A stretch of DNA of 63,844 bases, filler included, from Cercozoa sp. M6MM (taxonomy: Eukaryota > Protista > Endomyxa: Ascetosporea): NCBI GenBank assembly GCA_040357565.1. It is 11 parts of 11 records of this genome, joined end to end, with 100 filler letters (N's around TTAATTAATTAA, not from the genome) between each part and the next. Parts side by side here need not be neighbours in the genome. Positions count along the whole stretch, not along the records: positions 10,651 to 17,969 come from JBDODJ010000636.1; positions 18,070 to 26,439 come from JBDODJ010000543.1; positions 26,540 to 27,768 come from JBDODJ010002102.1; 8 more parts are not named here. One strand, written 5' to 3'. This document shows, piece by piece, positions 14,245 through 27,227 of this stretch. Both the position numbers and the translations under genes were made by a program. The first letter of the stretch is position 1. Every line of letters begins with the position of its first letter. Under the pieces are notes generated by a model. The model was given only the letters and a program-made list of their open reading frames with translations. It did not search any database and was not told the DNA's origin.

Positions 14245-15428
14245 ATGCCACCACGGGACTGCCACTGCGAACTGTGCGGTGCAAAGCAGTTGCTAACTTC
14301 GTACGATCAGTAATATGGCCATCTGCGCTTATACCCGATTATTTTTAATACAAACTAAACTGGTCTTTATCAATTCTGCTTCATGCTAGGCATCTGAAAG
14401 TTTGCAAAAAGAAGTACTTTCGGACTCACGTGCAGTGCAAACATTGTAGACGTTGGGTCCAAAAGGTAAATTACGCGGTCTTGAATGGCTCAGGTTTATG
14501 ACCAGTTCTTGATATATTTATTCCCGATAAACTGAATGTCGACAAGATCCGGATGAAATGTAGTGCGAAAAAGTGAATTTTATGTATTCTCATTGGTGTG
14601 ATGAATTGAGGTTATTGTTTTAGAACGAGCATCTTGACTTGTGCGAGAGACTTACTGAGACACACGGGAAGGAACTTGCATTGACTGCAACGAGAAACGA
14701 ACTTTTGCACGGTCTGGATGAGCACACCGCCCGCATCGTGTGCAAGGTGTGAATGTACTTAGTACCTAAAGCAGTAACACAAAAATCGCGTCGTGTTTAC
14801 TCTATTTCATATTGCTAGAAAGCCCGTGCGACGGCGGGCAAAGGAGAATGGATAGACACGACCGTCGCGGAGCCTCTTGGAAATGGTTCTGGAGTGTCGG
14901 ATACCAGCGCAGTCGTCTGTTCATCTTTTTTCATCTCGCAAAATCCCGACCAAACTGACGATCTCGCACTGACGGGAAGTTTAACTGGAAAGTACCAATA
15001 CGAACCCAAGGCTTTTGCGGAAAAGCTATCGGATGATAAGCGCATTTCCTGCCGATGCTGTGGGCGGAAGTTTACTCCTGACAGAATTGACAAGCACGAA
15101 TCTATTTGCTCAAACTTGAAGCCATCACCGAAAGCAAAGCATGCGGCGGGAATTCAAAAAAAGACATCTTCTATGCGTCGCATTGCCAAGTCTCCGAAAC
15201 GAGTTTGTTTCGAGGAAAAACGAGTGGAGTGTCACGTGTGTGGAAGAAGGTCAAATGCACAAATCACCACTCGCTCGTGCACCCATATTACCATTTTACT
15301 CCCCTTATAGGTTCGCACCCAATCGCATCAAAAAACACGAAGAAATTTGCTCAAACTTGAGAAATCCTCCTAGAAGAAGAACGCCTCGTCGTAGCTTAAA
15401 CATTCACGCTAGTAAATTTAGCTCGTAG
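14245..15428 (+). CDS. C2HC zinc-finger protein (zf-C2HC_2/ZC2HC1-like, four fingers)
   Basis: Four C-x2-C-x11-H-x3-C fingers after splicing: CELCGAKQLLTSYDQ|HLKVC, CKHCRRWVQK|CEK|NEHLDLC, CRCCGRKFTPDRIDKHESIC and CHVCGRR|FAPNRIKKHEEIC. Confidence 0.85.
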
Positions 15429-15931
15429 GGAAATTGTATTAAGTTTCAAGTTTGAAGAAGGATTTGCCCTCGTGAGGCCATCGAACATTAAATTTAAAAC
15501 GACACACTAAGTTTAGTTCTGCTGTCTAGATGCCTAATCTGTTTGCTGTGAAATGTTGATCCTTGTGTTGCGTGTGGTAGTTTGAGATCTTATCTGCGCG
15601 TCTGGTTTAACAAACAAACCAAGAGAGCTCGATGGATGCGATGCTATGGTACAGATCGCCGGACTCAAAGTCGCTTGCGTTTTGCTACGATGCGTCTTTG
15701 TGCCTTTTCGAGTCGTATCGCATTTGCAGCAATGCGTCTCTTTGCCTTGTTTTCTCTAAGATAGCTGCGATAGCGAGCTGTTTAGAGATACGAAGAAACG
15801 GAAAAACCACACAAAAAAAAAATCATTAAAAAACAATCATAAATCGTAGCCACGCTCGGCGAGTTCTGGTTCTCGCAGCTCATCATCCCAAGAGGTTGTT
15901 TTCAGAGGCGTGGAGAGATTAAGACTCAACT

Positions 15932-17785
15932 ATGACGTCGGTCCTCCGCTACTCCAAGGTAAGCGTGCAGCCAAGAGTTTTTTCTTGCTGCTGTGCTGCG
16001 TTCACGCTGCCTTCGAGATGTTTCTGGGCGAGCTGCGTGCCTGGACGTGGCTTTTGTGTGCTCGTGCGGCTTTCTGCAGTTGCAGAGAGCGCGTCGGAAC
16101 ATTTCTTGTTTCGTGATGGTGTGGCGTGATGGTGTGGTTTGTTGTTTGTAGATGTCCTTGGAGGACTTGGACTCCGCCTGGTGGCATCGCCTGGCGCAAT
16201 TCAACCCGGACCTCCACCCGGTATGCTCATATTTTTATGCGCCCGGCTACATGGTCATCGCCGGTTAACGACTTTGTCTTGTGTGCAGGAAGATATCCGC
16301 GTGCACTCGCCCAAGCACTCGTACCCGTGGTACGTGCCGCGCTACCTCGCCGAGCATCGCTTCTTCCTGCGTCCGTTCCACCGCATGAACCACATTCCGC
16401 CATGGCGCATGGTCACTCAGACCGATGATGATGCCAAGGCGTCTGACGAAATCGGCGTGTCGCTCCAGGACCCTGTGTTCCAGCGCGAGGTGCGTTCTGT
16501 TTCTTTGTGCTTCTTATGACTCTGTATCTTTATTTTCAAACGGCACTCTTGTCGGGAGCAGATGGCCGAGATGTCGCGCGAGGAGCGCAACGCCTTCATC
16601 GAGAAGTTGAAGGTGGAGAGCCCGATGGAGATGCACTCGACTACGATTCGCGACATGATCCAGGAGCGCTTCTTCAACGACCACCTGCAGCGCGCCGACA
16701 GCACGTTCGGTGTTGGTGAAAGCATCTTTTCGCCGACATTCATGTGGGACGAGTGGGGCGAGCGTGTGCTCACCGAGAGCGATCGCGACCACGTGGAGAA
16801 GCAGTTCCACACCTGGCTGGACAAGGAGTGGAGTGGCCGTAACGAGATGCACTACCTCGTCGACGAGGACGAGTTCCAGGCGCAGGCTGGTGCCTGGTTT
16901 GCTGTGCGCGCCTTTGCCAAGCTCTGCCTCAAGGATGATCTGACGGCGAAGGACCTCAATGAGCGACTGCTCAAGATCTGCGAGGCTTCCAAGTCGGTTG
17001 AGTTGATCCGCGCCGGTCTCGAGAAGGTCCGTAGCGGCGCGATCACGGTGGACAACATCCCGTACGCCGAACCGCTACTTCAGATAAACCCGACGCTTGG
17101 TCCTGTCCTCGAGGCCGCCAAGGAGTACGAGGCCGCCGTTGAGGCGCTTGCTGCCAAGCTGAAGCAGGTGCGCGACTCTACCAACGCGGGTGACGACAAG
17201 GTCGTTGAGACAATTCGCCAGGAACTCCCGGAGGTACCCTGTTTTTCTGCTGCTGCTGCGTGTGAACACTCATCGATGCTTCCGTTCTTGTAGTCTGTGC
17301 GTTCTTCTCTCGACGCCGACATGCTCGGCGACGACGGTCTCGCCGCCGTGGCCGAGTTTGCGTACACGCTGAACTCGTTCGTGAAGGAGCCGCTGAAGAA
17401 GGCCCAGGCCTACGCTGACCAGCAGGCCGCTGACTTTGCCGCCGAGCTCGGCATGACTGTCGAGGCTGTCCAGGCCCTGTCGGAAGTCGCCATCTTCAAG
17501 CTCACTGAGGTGTATGTTTTCTTTTCCCTCGCCATACTACACGATGTGTTGTACCTATGTTGTCTCAGCGGTGAGTCGGTTGCTGACCGCTTTGATGACG
17601 AGCCGCGTGCCGGCGACCACGGCAGCGTGCTGACGGCCGATTTGTCGGTGAAGGACCCCATCGCCTTCATGATCTCCAACACGGCGCAGCAGATCCACGT
17701 CGAGTCCGGTGCGCGCCAGGGCATCGTTGAGCACAAGGAGCCGCTGCTGAAGGTGTTCCGTGGCGTCGTGTCCGAGAAGGACCAG
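15932..17785 (+). CDS. Hypothetical protein, 3'-partial, strong codon bias
   Basis: MTSVLRYSK|MSLEDLDSAWWHRLAQFNPDLHP|EDIRVHSPKHSYPWYVPRYL... continues through clean GT-AG introns and a long exon (16562-17232); strongly C/G-ending codons. Confidence 0.8.
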
Positions 17786-17834
17786 GTGCGTTTAGTTCTC
17801 GTTTTGTGCCTGTTTGTGCGAAAATATTGTCATG

Positions 17835-17962
<128 letters not shown>

Positions 17963-18078
17963 ACATCTANNNNNNNNNNNNNNNNNNNNNNNNNNNNNNN
18001 NNNNNNNNNNNNNTTAATTAATTAANNNNNNNNNNNNNNNNNNNNNNNNNNNNNNNNNNNNNNNNNNNNTGTGTGTGT

Positions 18079-18167
<89 letters not shown>

Positions 18168-18193
18168 TGTGTGTGTCAATGTCTCTGATATAG

Positions 18194-19120
18194 GTCTGGA
18201 GTAAGATGCACTCCTTCAGCATGGAATTCTTAGATACATGGCTGCAGAACCGTCTTGATCATGGTGTGTCTCCCGAGCGTTATCAAACTGACGTTGTGTA
18301 TATAATCAGCGGTATTTGTTAAAGGGCCAAACTTCACGGTGGCTGTGACTCCCGTTCAAGACTACCAACTTCCTGGTATGATGTTGAAGTATATATATAT
18401 ATATATATATATATGATAAATTGTGTGTTTTGGTGTAGCAACGAGGCAAACAGTGGAACTGACCCTGTCAGCCCGCGGACTTCCCAGAATGGACTTCATC
18501 CCATGGTCTTCGATCGATCCCTTCGTGGTGATCTCTCGCGTGCCAGCGAGCGTTGTCGAGCGGTATCACGGAGAAGTGACGGCCGAGCGTATGGCCGAAG
18601 GAGACGGCGAACGCACAGATACAGAGTCTGTATGCTGTCTTCTCATGCTTGGCCTGCCGTTGTGGAGTACTTTCGTGTACCTGTTTAAATCTAGGTGTGT
18701 GCGACGACGGTGATCAAAAGGAACAAGGCTCCCCAATGGCCACCTGTCCAGTGCAACCTGTTTTCGCTTTGCTCGGGTGACCCGACGACCCCGCTGCTGT
18801 TTGAAGTTTACGATTACAACCGTCTCTCCTCGAATGACTTTGTTGGGTACAGTGCGCTCCTGTTCTTTCCATTTTCCAGTGTTACAACAAGATACTCAAA
18901 CTCTCATTGCCGATAGTGCTGCCGTGACCACGATGGCCGAGCTACTGGACGGACAGGTGGAACTCCCGCTCGCTCGTCACCAGAACTCACAGCTCCGGGC
19001 CAAATCGAGTATTGCAACCTAACGTTTCCACTGAACACGCACATGATATCAATTTGCTTTCCTATAGGTCTCGGAAGTGTGCTGGTGTCTGCGAGGTATG
19101 TGGAGACGGCGCAGGAGTAG
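18194..19120 (+). CDS. 5'-partial protein ending in a copine-C2B-like C2 domain
   Basis: VELTLSARGLPRMDF..SSIDPFVVISR...TTVIKRNKAPQWPP...LCSGDPTTPLLFEVYDYNRLSSNDFVG...LGSVLVSARYVETAQE*. Confidence 0.85.
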
Positions 19121-19442
19121 ATCTTCACTTGTATGCCCCCATACGATTTTCCGCCGTGCATCGCATACTGTGTAATATTTCGTTTGAAGATATTAATTTA
19201 TTGCGATTGACCGGTCGGTATGATATCCGATCGCATCGAATCAGCCGAGTTGATATCATTGAAACGAAACATCCGTCCGGTCGGTATCTACAGCTGACGT
19301 ATGTAGAAAGCATCGTAATGCTCGCGGCTAAGTTAACTACGCTAGTGAGCAACAACGAGCGGACGCGGAGCCGAATTCCCCGGGCAAACTTGGCGTCCAG
19401 TTGGTTACGCACGGCAGGCACGTACGACGATTCGATGATTGA

Positions 19443-22400
19443 TCACGTCTCGTAAGGAGACAACGTGAGCTTGCTGACGAAGTGTTGTGCCTCGGAAGCA
19501 CTCTGATGTCGTGGGTCGAACATGATGAGACCGCCGACGAGCTGTCGTTGCGACTCTGGCACGTCCGGTAGTAGTCGCAGCTCGACCTCCGCTTCACACA
19601 GAGCAAGGTAACAACACATGGAGACTGGAGAGTCACTCAAACAAGACATCAGGGTACGGCCTTGCTCGTTGGTAGGCTCGCCGTGGTGTTTCGCATTGTC
19701 GAGCATCTGCAGACGCTTGTGCAGACGCAAGTCACCAGGCATCTGCGACAGACAGGAGCAGTAGAATCGTCTAAAGGTAAGGTATGCATGCAGCAAGAGA
19801 GCAAGGTACGTCGTGTCGCCACTCAAGGCCATCGTAGGCCTCGTCGCTCCAGGAGAGGACGACCTCGGGCTTAAGTGACAGGCAGTGCAGAATACAGGCC
19901 TCAGCGTTGGAGAGCCAGAGCCAGGACATGCCGGGCGGCGGCGTCGGCATGCCCGACTTTGGCAGTGGCGCCACGTTCATGGCCGGTATGCCGACTTGGA
20001 CAGACGGCGGCATCTGCGGCACAGAGCTATTGGGCATGTTGGACTGCTGCAGTGGGTGCTGCAGTGGGTACTGCACTGGGTGCTGCCGCCGCTGCTGCTG
20101 CTGCTGCTGCATACGCTGTGCAGCGCCGGACTCGCTGGCATGTGTCGCGCTCGGCGGCGGCATCACGGGAACGCTGACCACCGGCAGTGAGTGTAGTGCC
20201 GTGCAGCGCGCGTCCGGCACGAGACTGCGGCAGTCGGCATTGCGCAGCAGCCACTTCAGCCACTGTCGCAGGCGTTCCCAGCGCTCCAACGGCTCGTGGC
20301 CTTGCTGCAGCTGCGGCGGCAGCTTGGACAGGTCGCACTCGATCAGCATCTGCGGCTGCCCCGACACGGGACAGTTGCGCCGCTCCAGTAGCCGTCGCAG
20401 CACGCACTGCGTCTTGTTGCGCAGACGTCCGCTTCTTCGACGCTTGTGCGGTACCTGTTGTTCTGCACGAGGGGCATTACCACAACAGGGAGGACAGACC
20501 AGGGATGATACCAGCGCCGCCAGGGAAGCGCATTGGCAGTGACGTCGCATCGGCGTTAACCTTGTCGGTGCTCTCGTCGCGGTACAGTTTGCGGAACAGC
20601 ACGACGGACTCGAGCGTGCTGACGGCGTCGAGGAACTTGTCGCCGCCGCAGCCCGGCCGCCACAGCGAGCGCGCCGCAAATGGCGACAGCACGGCGTGGT
20701 ACAGCTTGAGCGTGTCGTCTACCAGCAGGTCGTGCTGCCATTGGGCTGTCTGCTCCTCCTCTGTTACGACGTTACCTTCTGCACATACACACACATGCAT
20801 CCACATACATGCACGAATATAAACACAGGACTTATGCAAAGGCACAGTGTACCCGGTATCTGCTGCTGCAAGAGACGCAGACGCTTGTTGCGCAGCGATC
20901 GCAGTCGGTGGCGCGCCAAGCAGAGCGTCGACCAGACGCGCGCGAACAGGTCGCCAACCGTGGCGTCCTTGTGCTGATTCTCGAGACTGGCCGCGTCGTG
21001 TCGCAGCTGCAGCAGCTCCTGCTGCTTTGCCAAATCGTCAGCGTAACTGCTCGACACCAGTACGCGTCGCTCGCGCTCCGTCATGCGGCGATTCAGCGCC
21101 AGCTGTGATCATACACGCCCATGCACACGCATGCACAGCCACACACACACACACACACACACACACATGCACACAAACACGCACATCTCGCGCAGGCCAA
21201 GCAGCAGGCACCAGGGCAACAGGCGGCGGCAGGAAGGGCAGTCCGCGAATGAAGCGCGGAGGCACAGCGGAGGCGTGCGACGAAGTTTCGGACTCGCCCA
21301 GAGATGCAGCGAAGGCGGCAGCGGCGCTGCGTTTGCGGCCGCGGTGCCAGCGCGCGTTGTACTGCACGGCAGCTGTGGCGTCGTCGTCGGCAGCAGCAGA
21401 GGGAGCGGCGGCAGCGGTGGCGACGGGGTGCAGACTGTTTGCACCTCCCGGCAGCGGCAGCATCGAGGGTTCGGTGTGCACGGCCATGCCGGGTACGAGT
21501 GCCGTCAGTGCAGACGAGAGCGACGAGTTGTCGCGCACGCGCGCACTCGTCTTGCGCGCGCGCTTGGAGCGTCGCAGCTGCGTGCTGTCGTCGCCGTTAG
21601 AATCGTCGCTAAGTTCCTCGTCGTCGTGCTCCTCGTCGTCGTGCTCCTCGTCGTGCAGCAACACCTCGGCGTCCGAGATCTCGTCCGCCAGGTCGTCGCT
21701 CTCACCGGTCGACTGCTGGGCCACGGCTGCGCTCGATGCCGCCGTCACAATGCGACGCTTCTTGCGTGCACTCTGCATCTCCTGCGCCAAGGCAGCCAGC
21801 GCAGCGGCTGGCACCTGCTTGTCGTCGCTATCGGCACGCTGCTCTTGTTGTTGTTGTTGCTGCTGCTGTTGAGAACGTGTGCCGACAGTTGAAGCTGCCT
21901 CTGACAGCACCTGATGAATCTCGGCGTTGCTGGGTACACGCACATTATAGGAAAGAGGGGTAAGGGACAAGGCAAGAGGTCAAAAGCGGAGTGTACCTGC
22001 ACAATTCGAGCGAGCCGTCGTCGCGCATGAGCACAGAACGCACCGTGTCGGGCAGGTGGCGACGCCACAGGTCAAACACGACACGCTCCGTCTGCGCCGG
22101 CGCCATCTCGCACAGACTGCGCAGCGGCAGGTGGCGCAGGAACCCGAGGGCCTGCTCGTACTCGCGCCACGACTGTCGCAGCAGGCCGTGCCGCGAGCGC
22201 CAGCCGTCGCACTCGACGACGTGCGTGCCGGCCAGGCGTCGCTGGAAAAGCGTGCCATCACGTCCGTCGATGCCTGCGCCGTGACTACCGCGCTCATCCT
22301 GCGTCAGTTCGAGCGAGTCCACTTTCAGCTACACGAAACACAGACAGATGCATGAAACAACAGGCACACTGCACAGGTACCGGCAACGAGTCTCGCAGCG

Positions 22401-24751
22401 ACGGGTCGCGAGCGATAGCTTCGGCCGCACGGTCCGACCGCAGCACACGCTCGTGTCGCGAAGACACCGCCAGTGGCAGCACCAGACGCAGCAACACCGC
22501 CTACAGAACATACATGTACACACACACGCACACTGCTGAGGGTAAAGAGGAAGGGTAGGTAAGGGGATAAGGGTAGGTAAGAGGGTAAGGGTAGGTAAGG
22601 GGTAAGGGTAGGTAAGAGGATAAGGGTAGGTAAGGGGTAAGGGTAGGTAAGAGGGTAAGGGTAGGTAAGAGGACGAAGGGTAGGTAAGAGGACGAAGGGC
22701 AGGGAAGCAAGGCATACGTGGCGAGCGCCGCGCGCATCGGTAAGGTGCAGCTTGGCGTCGTCGTAGAGGTACAAGGCGTCCGGACGCAGGGCTCGCAGCA
22801 ACTGGTCCACCAGAAAGAGCGAGGCAGCCGTGAGGTTGCCATGCCACTCGCGCGACTGGCCGTCCGCCAGTGCCTGCAGGTCGCTTAGTTCCTCCTGGAC
22901 AAAGAAGGGAGCAACCATGTATAACGCATGGGTAGGTGCACAAGGAAGGCACCAGCTCTGCGTAAGGGTCCTCAGTCGCGTCGACATGCAGCGGTGTGTG
23001 ACGACAGGAATTGCGGACCTACCAATCCAAGCAAGACAAGAGCATGTAAGCTTGGCACATGTGCGCTTAAACAGCAGACAGGAGAGAAGGTGAGCACCAG
23101 ATGCAGGAGTTCGCAGGCACGGCCGTCGCGCGACAGACGCAGCGAGAAGAGCAGGCGCGAGTTGGACGCGTCATTGTCCTCGTCCTCCGTGCGCCGCGTG
23201 TACGGGTTCTCGCCGTTGCGCTGCATCTCGGCGAGCTCATCGGCGTCGAACTCGCGCCAGCCACGCAGCACGAGGAAGCGCCGGCGACGCGAGGCACGCG
23301 AGGTCGACAGGCCATGCACCGGCTCGGGATCCTCGCTGATGTTGCTCTCCCAGTGTTGCTCGAACATCTCAAGTCGCACACTCAGTGGCGAGGCCTGCAT
23401 GTGCGACTCTTGCTCCTTGTGTTGCACGCCCTGGATACGCAGGGGAATACATACGACTTGAGAACTCACAGGTCCAGAGGCACCAGTTCAGGGTCGCAGT
23501 CGGTGTTGGAATCTGTGGCAGTCTCCTCGTCGAGATTGGCGGCCACACAGGCCTCCTGTGAAGTCAAGGCATGCAGCGACTTCAAGGCACTCGGCGGGTC
23601 CACCGTGTCGTCGTACTCATTGCGCATCTCGGGCCAGTTCGGCGACTGCACGTGCGCGGCGGCAGCGGCACCACCGGCCTCGGCGCGGTTGGCAGGTGTG
23701 TCGTCTTCGAGCACCACAATGCCCTGGAACACGGCTGACACGGGCGCGTCGCCACCCTCGCCGTGCACCATCGGCAGCGGAGACGAGGGCTCGCTAGTGC
23801 CGGGCGAGTGACTGGCAGCCAGTGATAGCATCGACGGTCCCGAAGGCGGCATGTTTGCTCGCTTCTGCCGGCGTCTCGGAAGCGCCTGCTGCGGTGCTTC
23901 CTGTCGACACACACATACACACACACACACACACACATACACACATACACAAAGTCAGAAAGGTAGCAGAGTACCTGTGTCATCGCGAAGGCCTGGCACC
24001 GGAGCAGGTCCCAGCGGTCGGCAAAGGACATGCCTTGCTCCACGTTGGTCAGCTGACGGGCAAAGTGCGGCCAGTGAGACGACGGCACCGAGTTCATCGG
24101 TACCTGTGCAATACATCACACCACACAATCAATGATTCCGCGCATGCTACCCGTTGAGGATCGAACAGAGGAGGGTACAGGAATGTTGCTTTCAAGAGGC
24201 GGCATTGGCTGCACGGACTGCATCGCCACGTGCGTTATGGCTTCACCAGCCGTCGCTTGCGACACAGGCGCGCCAGGGAAGTGAGTCTGTCCAACTGGCA
24301 TCGGCATCATAAGCGCACGGACGGCATGCTGCATCTGCTGCTGTCCCTGCATATGTTGCTGATACAACTGCTGCTGCTGCTGCTGCTGCTGTTGTTGCAT
24401 GACAGCAGCGATGGCTGGAGGAAACGCCATCACAGGAACGGCATTTCGCACCTGCGGCGCGCCTGCTTGCGCCAACGGCCCATGCGGCTGCGTCATATGC
24501 GTCGGTGGCGCCTGAGGTCCCTGAGTCGGTTGCAATAATTGCGTTTGCGGTGGGTGGAGCGAGCTCACTGCTGCACCCTGTTCGTTCGCAGATTGCTGCG
24601 GCGGCGGTGGCTGTGCAGACTGCTGCGGCGGCGGCGGTTGTGGCGACCGCTGATGAGCTTGCGGCTCCTGTTCCGAAACCTGCGGTTGCGCAGGTTGGTG
24701 CTGCATGGGTGGCAGTGACCCGGACTGCTGCCAATCCATATTTGGCAACAT
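19443..24751 (-). CDS. Large hypothetical protein with Q/P-rich and acidic low-complexity regions
   Basis: Chain of minus-strand exons from MLPNMDWQQSG (ATG 24751) to LTLSPYET* (19443); poly-Q, D/E/H tracts; no confident domain. Confidence 0.65.
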
Positions 24752-25228
24752 CTGCGCACAAAAATACACATCAAGTGGACGGCACGAAGCAAACACGAAA
24801 TAAACAGATTCATTTTGTCAGATAAAATCACAAAGAGAAGCGCTTCGGTGGTGTTTTTGGCACTTAACAGCATAAAACATAGAAATACTACCACTTCAAC
24901 TGCCTGAGAGCAGCAATGGCCACACAAGCCCAGACAAAATCACAAGGCTCGCTGGTCCGAGGCGACGCCTGTTCTGGCTCACTTTACTAAAAGGTACTGT
25001 CTTTGAGCGTGTTGCGCCCTGCACCGCGTGTGGGGAATTTCATTATTTTTGTTATTAATAGCCTAAATGGACTAGATTTCTTAATGTTATTTTTTTAATT
25101 TTTTTCAACAGGCTCCTCAAGTCGACTTGGAAAGCCAGGAGCAGCGGTGCACTGGTTTCATCGCGTGACTTTGTAGCACACCTGGCTTGCGGCAAAAGTG
25201 ACAGCTGATTCGATAGCCACGGCAAAAA

Positions 25229-25626
25229 ATGTCAGCCTCCCAGACCGTGGAGAAGCCGGTGGACCTCATCCGGCTTTCCATCGATGAGCAGGTCGTTGTA
25301 AAGTGTCGTGCTGGGCGAGAGCTGCGTGGCCGGTTACATGTACGGTCTTTGTCTCCGTTTCGTGTCGGTATGCCCTGGCATGCGTACTTAGGCCTTTGAC
25401 GAACATCTCAACATGGTGCTTGGTGACGTGCAAGAGACGATTCAACGTGTACAAATTGATGAGGACACGGAGGAGGAAATCACGCAGGTGTTTCTTCTTG
25501 TTCTCGCGTGTTCTACATTTAATCAATATCACCGTGTGTGCCACTTAGACTGAGCAACGCAATGTTCCGATGCTGTTTCTGCGCGGCGACTGTGTCATCT
25601 TGGTCTCGCCAGTGTCGGAGGCCTGA
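25229..25626 (+). CDS. LSM3: U6 snRNA-associated Sm-like protein LSm3
   Basis: [37 protein letters not shown]|[16 protein letters not shown]...EEEITQ|[21 protein letters not shown]; three exons. Confidence 0.95.
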
Positions 25627-25819
25627 AACTCTCGCTGACCACACGGAATTGGTTTTGATGCGCTGACTCGACTTCAAACGGCGCGCTGTCACCGCACATG
25701 CTTTGGGCGACCGACAGTTTCATTCTGGCGTTAGTTCGTTCGCGGCTTCGCGGCGTCGTACTACCGTGCCTACGTACGTACATATGTGTAGAATTAGCGG
25801 CGCTAGTTTCTTTCGTTTG

Positions 25820-25976
25820 TAGTTAGTTTAGTTGAGTCTTATTGGAAACCAACTTTCGTTTATACTCGTGGTACGCCAAGCGAATTCCGCTCAAGGCATT
25901 TTAGTTAGTTCAGTCTACTAAAACCAGCTGTGTAGTTCCCCTGTACCAGTCCTGGGTGCCAGTGGGTCACAAGTGC
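25820..25976 (-). mobile_element. Two degraded 3'-end remnants of the retroposon family seen at 45807-46284
   Basis: Reverse complement of 25901-25976 (gcacttgtgacccac..caggactggtacaggggAACTacacagctggttttagtagactgaactaactaa) aligns to 45965-46001 joined to 46253-46284. 25820-25854 is a second tail copy. Confidence 0.75.
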
Positions 25977-26238
25977 AAAAACGCTGTGGCCGGAACAATA
26001 GCATGCTGGGGCTCCCTGTGCCTGAGTGTTCCTCTAGGTGGGTCATATCGTATCATGATCGGATATCGATCGCCCGGGATGGGGCATTTAAAAAAATAGT
26101 AAGGAAAACAATGACTTCAGTTGCGCTGGGTGCGGTGCTCTCTATATATGATCTGGCGTGTTCGAGTTTGAGTCGGTCAACGCACCGTGAAGTGTGAATG
26201 TTGGCGTTGACGTCTCGTTTGCACCAAGCAGCGGCACG

Positions 26239-26355
26239 TCAATCGACGAGCGAGCCGACCCACTTGAAGCCTTCCTCAAAGCCCTGCTTGTTCAGCACCG
26301 AGCACGGGAACAGCTCGATTGGCTGCACGTCCTCGGCGAGGTGCTTGCGGCCAAG
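26239..26355 (-). CDS. SAR1: Small GTPase Sar1, last exon
   Basis: LGRKHLAEDVQPIELFPCSVLNKQGFEEGFKWVGSLVD* matches the Sar1 C-terminus (RPxEVFMCSVxxxQGYGEGFxW). Confidence 0.75.
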   Translation of the reverse strand, partial: LGRKHLAEDVQPIELFPCSVLNKQGFEEGFKWVGSLVD

Positions 26356-26382
26356 CTGCAGTCACGCATGTGGTGTGTGTGT

Positions 26383-26439
<57 letters not shown>

Positions 26440-26539
26440 NNNNNNNNNNNNNNNNNNNNNNNNNNNNNNNNNNNNNNNNNNNNTTAATTAATTAANNNNN
26501 NNNNNNNNNNNNNNNNNNNNNNNNNNNNNNNNNNNNNNN

Positions 26540-27227
26540 CCAGAGCGAGCGAGCAGCCGGCAGAGACGCGCGTGTCGGGCGGCATGAGCGCACTGCGCGC
26601 GCGACGGCGAAACGCGGCGGCGGCCGCGCGGATGGGCGCGCGTGTGGGCGCGCGGATAGGCGCGCGGATGGTGGGCGCAGGTCCGCGCGGAAGTGCGAGC
26701 GGCGGCGGCACGGGCGGCGACACGAGCGGCACACGTGCGCCGCTGCGCGAACTGACGCGCGTGCTGCTCCGCGCGGACGGGGCGGCCGTGCAGTCGTCCG
26801 TGCAGTCGTCCGCGCGGAGGGCGCAGTTCTTTGACCGGTCGCACACGCCGCTGACGCGTTTCTCGCTGTCCGCGCTGATGCGCATGCGACTCGGACTGGT
26901 CGAGGCCATGGCGGCCCTGCTGGCGCGCTACCGACTCTTCGTGACGCCCGAGGGTAGCTTTNNNNNNNNNNNNNNNNNNNNNNNNNNNNNNNNNNNNNNN
27001 NNNNNNNNNNNNNNNNNNNNNNNNNNNNNNNNNNNNNNNNNNNNNNNNNNNNNNNNNNNNNCCCCCCCCCCCCCAGTGTCATTCGCGGCCAAGGCCTTCG
27101 TGCAAGAGGCGCCGGCGGAGGAGAGGGCCTTCTGCCGCCGCTTGCTGCGCACGCGCGCCTTCGCCGCCTTCGTGCGACTGCGTGCGACTGCTGCGAAACG
27201 CGAACGGCGTCGCGCGCTGTTCGATCG
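26540..27227 (+). CDS. DENN-domain protein fragment (dDENN region)
   Basis: RLGLVEAMAALLARYRLFV...FAAKAFVQEAPAEERAFCRRLLRTRAFAAFVRLR resembles the dDENN consensus (F..FL.TQMF..FI..R). Confidence 0.65.

Noticed and set aside
15670-15756. Degenerate ~42-bp tandem repeat upstream of the 15932 gene
   Set aside because: Only two diverged copies and no supportable function.
20540-22880. GNAT-like folds in the large minus-strand gene (LYLYDDAKL; KLYRDEST)
   Set aside because: Only a vague resemblance; the expected downstream aromatic-G-F motif is absent after splicing.
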